Translations under genes and position numbers: made by a program
Shown: positions 44,000-57,639 of the stretch, one piece after another
How positions within the stretch are numbered: position 1 is the stretch's first letter
Layout of the letters: the number at the start of each line of letters is the position of its first letter
DNA from: Camelus dromedarius
Taxonomy: Eukaryota
Reading direction: 5' to 3'
DNA: 64,000 nt
NCBI RefSeq assembly: GCF_036321535.1
Contig: NC_087438.1
Coordinates: forward strand, 79,980,001-80,044,000
Notes under the pieces: generated by a model
Told to the model about the DNA's origin: nothing
Databases searched by the model: none
The model's input: the letters and a program-made list of their open reading frames with translations, nothing else

Positions 44000-44810
44000 T
44001 GTGAGGATTTGGTGTACAGTTCAAAGAATTTTGACATATACACCTCAGTAACCATCATTCAGATCAAGATTTAGAACATTTTCGCTGCTGCGAAAAGACT
44101 TTCCATGCCTCCTTTCCAGTCGTTCACTGACCCACAGACAGTCACTGTTTGTTCCTGAACTTTGTGTAAGTGGCCTCCCACAGCATGCACCCTTTTGTGT
44201 TAGGCTTATTGCACTCAGCATCATGTTTTCGAGGTGCATCCATGTTGTTTGTTGTATGTAGCAGCAGTCCATTCCTTATTTATTTATTCATTTCCTATGT
44301 AGTACCTCTTTGTGTGGATATATTACTGTTCGGTAATCTGGTTTTCAGTTTGGGGTTATTGTAAATAAAGCTAATCCAAACATTCGTGTACCAGGATTTT
44401 TCTGAACATATGCATTCATAGCTCTTGGGTATGTTACCCAGTAAGAGAATCTCTGCTTTGGAGGGTAGAGGTATGTTTACTTTTATTAGAAACTGCCCCA
44501 AAACTACCACTCTTTTCCAAAGAGGTTGTGCCATTTTTATGCTTGCATCAGCAATGCACAAGAGCTTTCTCATCAAATTTGATACTTTACATCTTTTAAG
44601 TGGCAGCCATTTGATGGAGGTCCAGTGGTATCTCAACGTAGCTTTAATTTGCATTTCCCTGATGACTGCTAAAGTTGAATACCTTTTACATGTTTATTGA
44701 TCATTCACATATCTCCTTTTGTGAGTTGCCTGTTCAAATTTTGCCTATTTTATAATATGCTGTCTTTTCATTACCTATTTATAGGAGTTCTTTAAATATT
44801 CTAGATACAT
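44000..44810 (-). mobile_element. L1MB/MC-like 3' fragment
   Basis: CACTCAGCATCATGTTTTCGAGGTGCATCCATGTTG; TTTTCCAAAGAGGTTGTGCCATTTT; GCTTTAATTTGCATTTCCCTGATGACT. Confidence 0.88.
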
Positions 44811-44814
44811 CTAC

Positions 44815-46390
44815 CAGGAAATTTTAATGCAGACTTTTAAGTAACTCCTGGGTTAAAGATAAAATTGTATTGAAATTACAAGCAACTTGGGAATAAATGA
44901 AAATGTGAGCACAGCATTAAAATAAAAAGCTTGTGGGATGGATGCTAAATGATATCAGAAGACATTTTATAGATTTAAATATCCTAATTAGACAATGAGA
45001 AAGATTTTTTTAAATGAACTAGACTTATGGATCAAAAAGCTAGATTAAAAAATGATAAGGTAACCCCCCAAAAAAGTAGAAGGAAAAAATTAATAAATGA
45101 GAAAATTTAGGGATTAATGGAGTAAAAGTGAAAAAGAAAAAATTGATCAAGGCCTTGCAACTCTAATTATGAAAAGGAGGAAATTAATGAAACATTAGAA
45201 ATAAGAAAGGACATGTATTCTGTTAGGAGATCTAAAACAGAAAAGCATACCAGGCTCAAACTCATGTAATAAATTTGAAAAACTGGATTACAAAAGGGGT
45301 GTTTTCCTGGTAAATATAAATTGTAGAATTAACTAAAGAGAGATAAATAATTACAAAGACATGTAGCAGTTAGTCAAAGTTAGTCATAAAGCTCAGATTG
45401 CCAAGGAACAGATAATTTGGGGGTTATATCATTTCTTTTGGAACACAGTAAACTTGGGAACTTCTCAACTCATCTATGAGGCTTGCAAAACCATATACCA
45501 AGACTAAACAAAGCTATCGTGGGAAAAGAAAGCTGTAGATCAATCATTTTGTGAACAAAGATGCCAAAATCCTAAATAAAACATTAGCAAATTAAATCCA
45601 TAAGTATACTAAAAGAATAATACATCTTAACTAAGTAGGGCTTATCCTTGGAATGCCAGGGTGTTTCAATATGAGGAAATCTACTAATGTAATTCATTGG
45701 ATCAAGAATTAAGAGAAAAATCATAGCATCTTCTTCATAGATTTAGAAAAAATGTTTAATGAATTCAACAAAGACCCATTTATGATGAAAAAAAACCACT
45801 TAACAAAATAGAAAACCACTTAACAAAATAGAAATTAAAATAAAACAGCTTGTTTTAATAAAGAAACCGCTCCACAAACATCACATTCAACGGTGAACCA
45901 CTAGTTTGAAATCAGAAACAAAGACAACACTAACGCCATTATTATTCAACATCCTAGTTAATGGAATAAAACAATGAAAAGAAAACATAAATGTTGAAAA
46001 AGAAGAGACAAAACTATTTTCACTTGCAGATAATAGAATTATCTATTTAGAAAATCCAGGCAAACCAAGAGAAAAATGATTTGAACTAATAGGAGAATTC
46101 AGCAAGTTGGCCACAGACTATACCCCATTAATAAGCAACTGAGAGAATGTCATGAGAAAAAAAAAATGATGACATTTATAAAACTCTAAAACACCCAGGA
46201 ATAAACGAAATAAACAATGTGTAAGATGTACATGGGAAAAAAAGACTGAAACAATTTCCTGAAGAGTTAGGGAAACTTTGTTGAAGAAATGCTTGTGTGT
46301 CAGTGTAGAGGGAGTTATGGTGGTATCTGTCCGGGTGAGATGCGTCCACGTTGTCATATTTGACCAATGACTTCCCATCAAGACCCTGGG
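44815..46390 (+). mobile_element. Old L1 ORF2 (reverse transcriptase region) fragment
   Basis: A-rich with GAACAAAGATGCCAAAATCCTAAATAAAACATTAGCAAATTAAATCC and ACTTGCAGATAATAGAATTATCTATTTAGAAAATCC. Heavily disrupted. Confidence 0.85.
45792..45834. repeat. Perfect 20-bp tandem duplication inside L1
   Basis: AAAACCACTTAACAAAATAG twice plus AAA. Confidence 0.95.
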
Positions 46391-49300
46391 TTTACTTTTT
46401 CTTGTGCAGATTTTTCAAAACTGAACGTAACAATTCCATCCACTTGTCAAGATTAAAAATTATTTTAACCCCTTCCCCTGATGAATCCAAGCTGTTGTAT
46501 TTTCTTTTTTTCTTAATTTGATTTACTGGTTTTGCAGAGCTGAAACCTAACTGTCAAAATGACCTCTGGCCATTTGTTCACTGACCAATTCAAGCAAGAG
46601 TCACACGATTGTAGTTTCTAGAAAGAAAGAAAGGAGGTTGCAGGGGTGAAGAGAGCTGTTGGCTGATCTTCAGGCAGCAGGTAAAGACTGGGATTGGCTG
46701 AAACATGGTTTGGTAACACCAGTGGTCACGGAGCCATGCATTTAACCTCATCAAAGGATATGGGGGGTTACAGGAACATCTGTTCTCTCATCACACTGAG
46801 ATGCTCTCTCAACATCTCACAAATATGTGCCAGTTTTCTCCTTACAGAGGCAGGTGGGCATCGGGCGGCAGCGGTCCACCTCTCATGGGTTTATGTGTGT
46901 GTGCCACACATTTGAAACTGGCCTTACAAACTAATCTTCATGTCCGAGCTGGGAACTCCAAGACATCAGGACATGCTTTGGGGCTCAGTTTTCATCAGGA
47001 CTCTGAAGTGTGGGGGAAGAAACGGTGAAAGAGACTCTGATGTTTGAGTTTCTTGGAACACAGTGAATCAAGCAGCCTGAGTAAAGAGAGGAGACGAAGG
47101 CCAACCCCAAACTTCGGAAGCTCCCATGTCAGGATGGAGTTTCCCAAGAAGTTGGTAGTTTGACTTGGGCTAAGGGGGTGTCATAAAAACATACACCTGA
47201 AAGAGTGAGGGTAAATTAGAACATTCTAACAACTTAACTCCTGATCCCAGGGGGGTATGTGGTGGCAGGACCGCTCCTGTGTGCTTGCTTTGTCATTTGT
47301 CGGTTTGTCCTGGGAATGTTGATGGCGTGGCTCCCAGGTTCCAGCCCTCAGAGCACAGTCCAGCCTGATGAGTCTAGAAACGAAGTCCCACCAGGAACAA
47401 TTACAGCTGCCTTGGTCCTTTGCCCTTTTTTCTCTCCATGGATGACGGAGACTGTGTCACTAAGTTTTTCCCAGCTGGCGGCAGGCGTCCAGGATCCACA
47501 GCTGATCGCTGCCCTCGGCTCAGCTCCACTGCTACCCGCGAGGGAAGCAGGAAGTCACCTGCCTCCTTCGGGCCCGTTTTGATGTCTGGCGGTTGACACA
47601 GGCAGCAGCAGCTGCAATAGTATTAGGTTGTTTTCTGGTTTTAGAGCAAACACCAAAATACCCTGTTGGAGTAAGCTGGGGGAAGCTGGCCAGCTCTGGA
47701 ACAGGTGTGCTGTTCATTTTTCTCCTTTGCCACAATGAACTGAGTTTTTGTGTTTCCCAAATCCCACATCTCCTGCCTGGTCAGATGTAGACACAGCCCT
47801 GCCTGACAAAGTTCTTGGACACCAGCAAGCTGGACGCGATTGCTGCTCCACTTCGGGTTTTGCCTCTGATCTCCAGTTCATTCCTTCACTCTGGTTAGGG
47901 TTAGAATAAGGACATGCATTGTCTTTGCTCGAAGGTACCTCGCATCCTGCGGGAAGGAGGCTGGATGACGAGGTCCACGCCGCAGAAGGATGAGCCTGTT
48001 CTTCAGCTGTTCAGATTCCTTTTAGGTGAAGGGGAAACCACTACCACAGCCTCTCAAGTGAAGACTTTCAAACCATAACATCCAAGCACTCAGACAGATA
48101 TTTTAAAGCCACAATTTAAAAGTATAATCAGATTTTAAAAACCAATAGGTTTGTCAGTGATGAGACCGTTTCCCCCAGAATTCTTATCTTTGCATTCAAC
48201 CCTTAATGCACTAGTCTCACCTTCTCCTTGGAAAATAAATTGTCAGGCTGTTCTTGGGGTTTGACATAAAGTTCCTCCAGCTCCAGTCACTCTGGAAAAG
48301 GGAGGGTTTTTTTGTTCGTTAGTTTGTTTTTTATTTTTAAGTTCTACATTGTCTCCAGGGCATTTGGAAAGGCTACTTGAGTGGAATTCAGTATATTTAT
48401 AAGAATTTTGAAAGTCAAAGATTGTAGGATGAAAAGGAAGGACGCAAAAAGGAAATACTGTTTGCATAAAACTGCCGTACCCTGACTTAGCCAAATTTTG
48501 TTCCAGAGGTTAGTAACCTTCTGTTTCAAAACAGGAAAGAAGCTGAATCACAGGGAGTCACCTACACGCAGGCTTTGCTAGATAATTCGGCTGACAGTTC
48601 AGAGAGCTTAACAAACCCTGCTCTGTGGTCTCTGAAGTCTGAATTCATTATGTCTTAAACAAGGAAAAAAAATCCCAATTGGGGTTTTCAGATCTTAGTG
48701 TTTTCTTTAAATATGTGGTTTACCTGGTTAAGGACTTGGCAAAGAAGATAAAAATGCCTTTCCTAACAGTTATATCTCAAGCTTTAATTATTCCTATTTT
48801 TGATCTTCTAGCTGTAGATCTAGAATTAAACAGTCTTCCTTTAATGTGGGTAGTTACTTTAAAAAAAAAAAAGCCATTTGCAACTTGTGGACTTTAAAGT
48901 ATTTTTTTTTTTTTCTGCATGAACAGCTTGGGTGGAGAGAGCAAAGAAAGTGCGAACTACCGCCTTTTTGTTTTCCTGGGAAGCTGATGGGCAATTATTT
49001 GGAAATGTCTGGAGTGCCTTGTGCCACCCGGATTGGGAGAAAGCATGAGGGGTGCTCAGAAGTGTCCGGGGGGACTGACATATGGGCACAGCCACGGTAG
49101 CCTCCTCTGCCCGTGTCCCTCACCAGCGCTGTCTGTGAAGATGGTCTCTGTTCCCCAGCAGCTCTGTGGGCTGGGAGGATCGGGGCTCTGGGGAGGGAGA
49201 GGATGCTATGTGGGGCCCGGGGATGTTATTTCCATAACTTCCACCCAGGTGGCCAAAAAAAGGTTTACTTTAGAGAATTCTCTTTTAATTCTACTCCTGT

Positions 49301-49824
49301 GTTGTTGCAGCTTTGAAAAAGATAGCAGTTATATTAAGAAGGGAAAATCTTAAGAAAAACCAAAGCAGTCTCCTGTGTGCCTCCCACATTTAGGGAGTTA
49401 GGAACACAGCACAGCTGCCTTTTTCTCCCATCTTGGGCCGTGTTGTGGGGCTGAGTGTGGTGGTGGTGGCGGTGGTGGTAAGGTTGACAGATTTGGGTCT
49501 TTTCATTTTTCTAAATCAAGTATGTATCTGTTTATAAAATATAGATACATATTTCTCTCTGTGTAAGTGGAGAAGGGTGGATAGACAGAAATGTGAGTAA
49601 ACAGATAGTTCCAGAGACAGAGGAACAGTCCCAAGAACAGGAAGGTCTGAGCCACTCCGGGATCACAATAAACAGGCGGAGAGAGTCCAACTGTGTCGCA
49701 ACATGATGGATTAACTCACTGTCCCGAGTGGAGAGCGGGCCGGGCAGTCTCTACTCCCTCCCTCCTGAGAGGCGAAACCTCTGAAGAGCCCCGCTAATTA
49801 CGAGATGTTACTGAGATGCAGGAA

Positions 49825-50087
49825 AGCAATAACAAAGCAATCAACAGCCATGCGGTGTTTACTGTGTTCCAGGCGCTGTTCTGAGCGCTTCGCATGCACA
49901 AACTCATTTAATCCTCACAGCAACACTGTAAAGGAGGAGCTGTTATTATATTATTATTGTCTCCATTTTACAGCTGCAGAAACCGAGACACCCAGAGATT
50001 AAGCCACTTGACTAAAATCACATACACAGTAAGTGGTCAAGCAGCTTGTAAACTCAGGCAGTCTGAGACCCGGGTCCATGCTTTTTA
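49825..50087 (-). mobile_element. Near full-length MIR
   Basis: TTTACTGTGTTCCAGGCGCTGTTCTGAGCGCTT...CTCATTTAATCCTCACAGCAAC...CCATTTTACAGCTGCAGAAACCGAG...ACTCAGGCAGTCTG. Confidence 0.92.
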
Positions 50088-51189
50088 TGACTAACAGTTA
50101 ATTAGTATGAAAAAAAATTAAAGTAAGCAGTACATCTACGTAGGAAATGCTGTGACCACGGCTTGCGGGGTATCAGAGGAGGGACGGGAAGTTCCACTAG
50201 AGGGACTGGCGGCAGTCAAGAGAGGGAGGAGGTTTTTCTGTGTATCTCATCGGAGCCACGGTCCCCTGAATCATCAAATCCCCACCACATATTCCAGCTG
50301 GATGTGACTCTCTCTGGGGGCTCGTGATCTCCAGTGGGAATCAAGTAAAAGTGGTCCCTGCGCTGCTGACTCCTGCTTGTGCCCAGGCTGACACGTGTGG
50401 ACAACAGCGCATTGGATTTGGAGTTTCTCAGGGCTGTACTGCCCGCCGTGCAAGTTGGAGACTGGTCCAGAGGCAGGATGCGCTGCCTGCTTGTGGTCGC
50501 TGTTGACACAGAGAAACCACATGGTTAATGGAGTTACCTACCAGCCAGCAGTGGGCCTGGGAGAGAAGCTCCCTGGACTCAGGAGTAACAAGACTTAAGT
50601 CCAGAGCGCTGTCTTCAGCATCTCACTAGGCTTTTCACCTTCTCCTCCTTGTAACGGAGGAAGCGTGGACTTGGAGGGGTTGAACGGCTCACCGACGACT
50701 GCAGAACCAGGACGAGTGAGGCATGGCCTCCATCCCAGCGGTTCAGCCACTAAGACCCTGGCTGTTCCTCTTGGTGTGGAATTGTACCACCTCTTCTTTT
50801 CTAATTAAGCCGGGGTGCATTTGGATGCCCAAACCTCAACTAAAAGTTGTTTTATGTTTCCCACGGAACACTGGTGAACATAGGTGTGACCGGAATCATC
50901 AGGGCTTTGAGGAGGGTGGCGAAAATGACTCATTTCTCACCTCTGTCTACAAATGGCAGAGGTGCTGCTTTGGGACCGAGTGCAGTGAAATCACAGGTGC
51001 ACAAATCAGAGCTGTGGGCTCGTAGCCAGTGAACGGCTTCCTGCTGCCCCCCAATCAGAAGGTTCTGCAGCCCCCACTCCTGCTCCCAGATGAGGCATGT
51101 AGGCTATAGCAGATTTAGCTCCCGTGATACTCTTTCCTCAGGGAGGACTTCTGGGGGACAAAGAAGAGGTTTTGGATTCTTGAATGACA

Positions 51190-51352
51190 GCAGCAACGAG
51201 CTATATATGACTAAACACTGTCTCCATGTTGGGTCTTTGGCATGGATGATTTTACTGAATTAGTACGCCAACCTTATGAAGTGGGGACTGTTTCTAAACC
51301 CATTTTACAGATGTGGAGACTAAAACTTGAGTAGACAAGTCACTTGTCCAAG
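51190..51352 (-). mobile_element. MIR fragment
   Basis: CAACCTTATGAAGTGGGG...CCCATTTTACAGATGTGGAGACT...AAGTCACTTGTCCAAG. Confidence 0.8.
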
Positions 51353-53529
51353 TTGTGGGACCCCAGAGCCTAAGAGGATAACCACTAGGAACACTGCCTC
51401 TCTGTGCTTACGTGTGATCACACACATCTGTTGCAACGAATTGAGTTGGAATCGGACCTGCTGAGTGTGGTCTAAAGGGAAACCTGATTCTGCCCTATTT
51501 GTCAGGCCCCTGACCTTGGCCTCTGAGGCCGTGGGAGTCCTGAAGAGGGAGCTCACTCAGCAATAAGAGGAAGGAAGCACCTCGTCATTTCCCCAAATGA
51601 GGCCTCCCACTTCCTCACTTCCAAATGGACTTGTCAGAACTCCTGAGTTTGGCTTGGGGTTGAGGGTCTGAGGGATAGAAAGTTGTCCTCGGGGCTGCGT
51701 CATTTTAGATCTGGTCAGGAGGTCTCTGCTCTGGGAGGAATGTATCCTTAAAGCCAAATCTGAGTGACAGGCTGGAACCTTCAGGGTCTTTCTGTATCAA
51801 GGAAAGGAGTTTGTGAGCTAGAACTAGCCCCAGTTCTGCAGGATGATTACCCCATGTGGAGTTTTCCTCATGGAAATTTCCTCAAGGACGAAATTGTAAT
51901 GGAGTTTAGTCACCGGTTTCACCCTCTACAACTTGCTTTGAGTTTAGAGCTAAAATTAAGTCAAGTGACTTCTAAGTTTTATCTCCAAATAGTGATACAG
52001 ATTTCGTGGGTGTTTTTTCGTTGCTGTTTGTTGTTTTTTTCCTTTCCTGGTGGTATAGATTTTGGAAGTGAGATCATTTTTGGAGACAGATCATTTTAAA
52101 CATGAATACAGTATCTCCCTTTTACAGCCTGGAAGATGTGACTTGGGATCCCCACGTCATCCCTTGACTGACAAGGCTAAGACTTGAACCCATGTCTCCT
52201 GACCCCTTGTCTAGATCCTCAGACTTGCTTATGTCCAACGGCTCACTCATGCCTTTGAGTGCAAGGGACCTTTGTCTAGCTCAGGGGAATTTGGACAAAT
52301 CCTTCCTCACAAGTCCTCGTCTCAGAAGAGAATGTAATGTTCAGACTGTTATAATGCAGTCTTGAAGAATGATGGTTAGTGTCTCATGGTGGACATTTAA
52401 ACATCCAGTGTCCTGTTTCTCCAAGAACAAGATAGAAACTTCTCTTGTTGCAAGTCTTTCCAAAATATTTGAGGCCAGATCCATGACTTAGTAGAGTTTG
52501 AGCATAAAGCACATTTTCATATGATTCAAGATGCTGCAGTATCTCAAGGTCACCTTCCTAGAGCTCTCTATGCATAGCTTCTAAGACGCAACCTCGTTTG
52601 ACATTTTTCAGTTGATTGTTTTCTTCATTTGACCAGCTATGTCTATAAAAGTAGAAAGTAAAATGTCTGTTAATTGAGAAGTTTGAGTTTATTGAATTTT
52701 AGTTAGTTGAGGTCTTTTTATGCTACACCGTCTGCTCTAACTTTGTCCTGCCAGCCTCCTCAAGTTGTGAAGAATATTTCATGGCGTGGAAACTTCTTGA
52801 AGTCTTTAAAAATACTGTGCATTCTCCCTAGCCTAGAGCATGTTCATGGTAAATCAAACAGAAAAAAAGATAAAACACCAAAGTGACTGACACGCAGCCT
52901 AGACTATGAATCTACCCAGCCTTCCTGTAGCTTCTCATCTGTTGTCAGGTTCTAAAAGGCTAAGGGAATCAGGCAGGAACAGGGTTTTGACCTCTTCTGA
53001 GGCCACCTCTGCTGTGGTGCCCGTGTTGCTGGCCCTGCCCAGAGGGAGACCGGAGAGCTGCCTGGCATGACTTCAGTGTTTTGAGTCTCCAAATGGACAG
53101 CTGTTGTGGCAGGAGAGATCAGATGCCCATCTTTCTCCCTCTGAGGCAGTCAGTTTACTTAGTCTGTGAAAAAGGCACTGCTTTAGCCTGCCTGGATCAC
53201 CCTCGCTGGATCTGGTGATTGCCTCATCAATCAGGGGTTTTGTCTCCCTTCCTTTAATCAAATCGAATGGCAACAATTAAATGTGTTCTTAATTTAATCA
53301 CCCATTTCTTGTTGGGCCCTGGGAAATAAGTCTCCCCAAGATGTCTGTTGTGATTTTTCAGGCGTGTTTTCAGGGAAGGAATAGGCTTCTTGAAGTGAGC
53401 CTCAGGAAGGGGGAATTGATGTTGAGGTGTGTGGGGGGCAATGAGGGAGGCCAGAAACTGAGGGCAGAACACAGGGCATAGCTGGGTCACCTGGACACGG
53501 TACAAGCACTCCTCCATTAGGACAAAATA

Positions 53530-53636
53530 CAGTCCACCCTCTGTATGCCCAGACGTGAAACCCCCCAATGTGAGGGGCCAACTGTGGGAACTGGGGGTCC
53601 AGGATTCAATCCCCTGTGGATACGGAGGGATGACTG
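53530..53636. mobile_element. Very short Tigger/MER2-type MITE (107 bp)
   Basis: Terminal inverted repeats CAGTCCACCCTCTGTAT and ATACGGAGGGATGACTG, preceded by TA (53528-53529). Confidence 0.7.
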
Positions 53637-54298
53637 AACCTGTATTCAGTGTGATAGCTTCTTTCTCTCTCACTCTGAGTGGCTCCTTGTGTTTGCCTGC
53701 GGCCCTGGCTCACCCTTAATTTTGACCTCTTTAGCTTTATGTTTACTTCATGGCTCTTAAGAAGTAATTTCTCCTGCCGATAGGAAAATCTTGTCTGATT
53801 CATGATTTATATTGGGGGCGGGGGCCGAGGAGGATTTAATCACTTACTGCCTCCTTTTTAATTTTTTTTGAAAATATATGGGTCATAGGTCATTGGAAAG
53901 GTATCAGTTGGTTCTTCTTATGAGTACGGTCTCCAAGCCCTGGTCCAATGAGCTGTGCAGGAGGTGTATGGATGGAAAGAAATGGTTCAAAAGTTTAACA
54001 TTTAAGCAGCAAGGGCTTTACCTGGGCCAGTCTCCCTTTGAATAGAGTGTGGTCCAAGCAAGCATCAAATACACCAGAATACAGCCAGCATGTATGGGCC
54101 TCTGAGAGTCTTTTTTTAGAGGCGCCAAAGCTGTTTATAAACCATCACCTCCACGGAAGATCTGGTTCCAAAGGAGACTGGAAAAAGCTGGGAGAAGGTG
54201 GGAGACATGTCTTTGGCTCTAACAGTCCAATACGCATTTTCAATTCAAGGGCAAAGCCATGGACGATCTGGCCATTTCACAGCGGAATGAAAGAGACA

Positions 54299-54407
54299 CG
54301 CCCGTGGCCTCGAGCCCTGCGCTGCGCCCCCGGCTTTGAGCCTGGCGCTGGGACCAGCACGGTAAGGCCGCACCACTGGCACGTGCGCGTCTGTGTGCTC
54401 GCACACG
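54299..54407. promoter_or_regulatory. Small CpG cluster with CACGTG E-box; putative regulatory element
   Basis: 14 CpG counted in 109 bp, CACGTG at 54380-54385, not in a recognised repeat. Function is inferred only. Confidence 0.35.
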
Positions 54408-56599
54408 GCAGGAGGCAGGGCCAGGTGTGGCGGGAGATGGGGAACTCCCCTGCCGTCCTATAATGGGAGGGCTCCTGGTGCCCCTCTGTTGTCGGTCTGA
54501 ACCAAGACGCCCGCAGCAGCTGCTGCCCTTTCGGACAGAAATGTCGACAGAGCTGCTATTGTTTCCCTCAGGTAACAAATGCCACGGGCCTGGGCCAGCC
54601 AAGCCATCCTGGAGCCCAGCTGCTTCCGCGCCATCAAATGAGAAGGGTGCTTTGTTTTAATTGTCACGTTTGTTGTTTGGAAGGATGCTTTTTGACCATG
54701 TACTTTTCTGGGTGACCTTTCCATAAGAATTGCATGCAGATGTCCCAGCGAAAGGTTGTGATTGGTCTGGAAGGGTTATCTCCATTTGTCTAGGCGGCTG
54801 TCTTCAGAGAAGAAGAAAGTTCAGGCAAGGAGCCCAGGGCTGGGGTGCAGCGGAAGAGAAAGGTCATCTGGTCTACACCCCTCTGTCCGCTGGGCCCCGC
54901 TTGCAGGTGGCGGCTTCTGTTTCCTTCTGGCCTCCCAAGGTTTTCCCTTGGCCTAGAATAACCCTGCTGGCCGAGGCGCCCTGCTGCTCTTTCCCCGAGA
55001 TCGCCTGTTTCCTCGGAACAGGCTCTCTTTGAGCAGATGTAATACATCCTCCAGTTGCCCTGAGATAGGCCATGCAGAGGAGTCGCCCCTCTGAACAACC
55101 GCGGCTCTGTTAATAGGTTCTTAAAGGATCTGTTGAGGGGACAACGTGTTAATGGTTCACCCTCCAAACAACTCTATTTAAATAACTGGCCTTTCTGAAC
55201 CAAAAAAAGAAAAAAAAATCTCTCTGGAAACTCAGCTGAGATTGATGTGATCCTTATTACCCCAGAGCCGCCTGGTAACCCCCTGTCCCTAACCTCAGGC
55301 TGGCAGTGGGAGAGAGCCGGATCTTCAGTGAGATGTACTTAGATCGAAGCTGCTGAAGAGAAAGCCTTCTGCGGTGATTTACGTTTGTGGGGGCTGGATT
55401 TCTTGCCCTCCTGCCCAGTCACGCCCAGCGAGATCTGATTTTTTATTTTCTTTCTGGGTGGAGGCCTTGAGGCAGTGTAATTACCTTATAGGTTGCATGG
55501 GGTGAGGGTGGGAGAACGGGAAGTCAGGGAGCATGAAGCCAGGGACCCGGGCTGTGCGTGAGAGATGGCAGAGAAGGTTCCAGAGGCGTGAGGGGATTGC
55601 AGGGGAGGTGTGTGAAGTTCTCATGAGTTGTGTCGGCTGTTGACTGGGGATTCACCACAACAGCTGCGTGTGCAAGCCTCAACCCAGTCCTTGGGGAAGC
55701 AGGTGGTGGTGACAAGTGGGGATGGCCTGCCCCAACCTGTCTCCATTAGCTGTAATTATGCTGAGGTCTTGTGCTCAGGGACAGCAAGGAGCCATCAGGG
55801 CCTGCTGGGGACTGCCAGAGACCTGCATTTCTAGTCAGTGGTCAGTCAGCTGTAAAAATGGGCCACAGTTGGCAACAACAGAAGGAGTCTGAGGCCTGAA
55901 GCAATTTTTCTTTGAAATCAGCTTCTAAATTGCAGGGAGTCCAAATAAATTGACACATTTACTAGCTTGAGCTGCCTTCTCATTCCTGCTTCATTGCCTT
56001 AGCCTGGCCTCTCCTGGCTGGAGCAGTTCTGGGCATGGGGGTGGAGGATGGAGATGGGGGGTGGGACAAGGGTGGAGGGGGCTCTGATCTGTTTGGAAGG
56101 CTGTCACAGCCTGGGCGCATGGGTGATGATCTCTGTGTGCAAGAACGGTTTCATTACCAGCGTTACTGAGTGCTTTTCCATTTATAAACTGAAAACACTT
56201 TTCACAAAAGAAACCTGTAATCTACAGGGGAAAACCCTGTCAACTAAAAAGCGGAGAGGTACCAAGTGCTCATTACAGGATAAATGCGTGTTGTGCCATG
56301 AAGTAGGCTCTGTCCCCAGTCCACGCTCCTTGGTTGAGAAAGCTGCTTTCTTAGGCAGCAGAATTCTCTTATCATTTACGCAGTTTAAATTCTGGGCTGT
56401 TTCCTTCCCTAATCATAATGGAAATTAAATGACAGAAGAAGGCCCTCATGAGTTTTGAGTGGTCGCTTAGCATTTACAGCACCATGTTGGCCACCAGCAT
56501 TTTGAAGTGCAGGCCTGAGTGGACAGCCTTGAAGCACTTAGGGAGGAGTCATCACTGGAGGCCGACAGTCTCTGTGTGGGTGGCCAGTTTAGGGACCAA

Positions 56600-56800
56600 G
56601 CTGCCGGTGTGGGCATGAACTCAGATCCCACCTCGGCCACTTACTGGCTGGGCGAAGAAGGTCATCTTTTTAACATTCAGATTCCTCATCCGTCAGTGGG
56701 GATGATGATGACTCCTGAATGGCTGGTTTGGGACTGAGTGACGGATGTGACAGCACTGGCATACTGTAAATGCTCAGTGAGCGTCAGCTGCTTTTCATCA
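56600..56800 (+). mobile_element. MIR SINE
   Basis: CAGATCCCACCTCGGCCACTTACTGGCTG...CAGATTCCTCATCCGTCAGTGGGGATGATG...GTAAATGCTCAGTGAGCGTCAGCTG. Confidence 0.8.
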
Positions 56801-57169
56801 TCATTGAAGGTCAGTACGATCACATTTTCTCTTTACAGTAGTGGGCAGGCTCAGGCCGTGGGAGGGGGATCACATCCTGGCACCGTCCTTGATGTGAGCC
56901 CCGCATGTCTGTGCCCTTGGCCTCTACACAAAGTCGGAAAGCCAGGCGGCGTGGGCTTCTCCCCTCTGAACTCTGACTTCTGCTCTTTGTCCTTTCGCTT
57001 TCCTTTCCAGCGATCCTCACGTACTGGCTGAAGTCTCACCTCCTCCAGGAAGAGTCACCTGTAATGATTCCTGGAGTATTCATGGGCACTCCCTGCCTCT
57101 TCCCACATGTAACACTGTGCTCTTAATTAGAAGGAGATGAATCCGTGTCACCTTTTAAGCCAATTTTGA

Positions 57170-57265
57170 GGTCATGAGTGGCTCGTTCTGTTTCCTTGCA
57201 TTTCCCCCTGTGCCCAGCGTAGTGTCTGGCTCAATTTGGTGCTCATCAAATGCTTGTTTATTCAT
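57170..57265 (+). mobile_element. L2 3' tail
   Basis: CCCAGCGTAGTGTCTGGC...GTGCTCATCAAATGCTTGTTTATTCAT. Confidence 0.7.
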
Positions 57266-57639
57266 AGACTGATGTAAAAATACCAAGTGGGCTGAAGACT
57301 TGTGCGAAGATCAGTTTGTTCTGATTGTCTGTGGCCTTGATTCATTTCACCAACTGTGACTGAAAACCTTCTAGACCCAAGAATCTGGCCGTGAGCAAAA
57401 CACAAATATGTGTGGATGAGAATGAATGCATTGCATTGGGATTGGTGTTTCTTCCACGGGTGTAGGGGAGAGGTGGGAGGTTGAGGGTCTCAGCTCTCTT
57501 ACCCAGTATTACGGCTGTTCATAGCGTGGTGGTTTAGCTAAATTGGAGCTCCAGCCTGTGAATTCCCTGTCCCTTATGGTCCTGGATGAGCATTGGTCAC
57601 ATGAGACATTTGAAATGAATTTGGGTGGTGGGGGGTAAG

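Noticed and set aside
44045-44700. Several 64-119 aa ORFs
   Set aside because: All lie within a degenerate L1M 3' fragment.
46831-46859. 6-nt microexon-like pattern CTTACAG|AGGCAG|GTGGGC
   Set aside because: No host transcript is evident and the pattern is too short to distinguish from chance.
47893-47904. GGTTAGGGTTAG telomere-like sequence
   Set aside because: Only two units, which is expected by chance.
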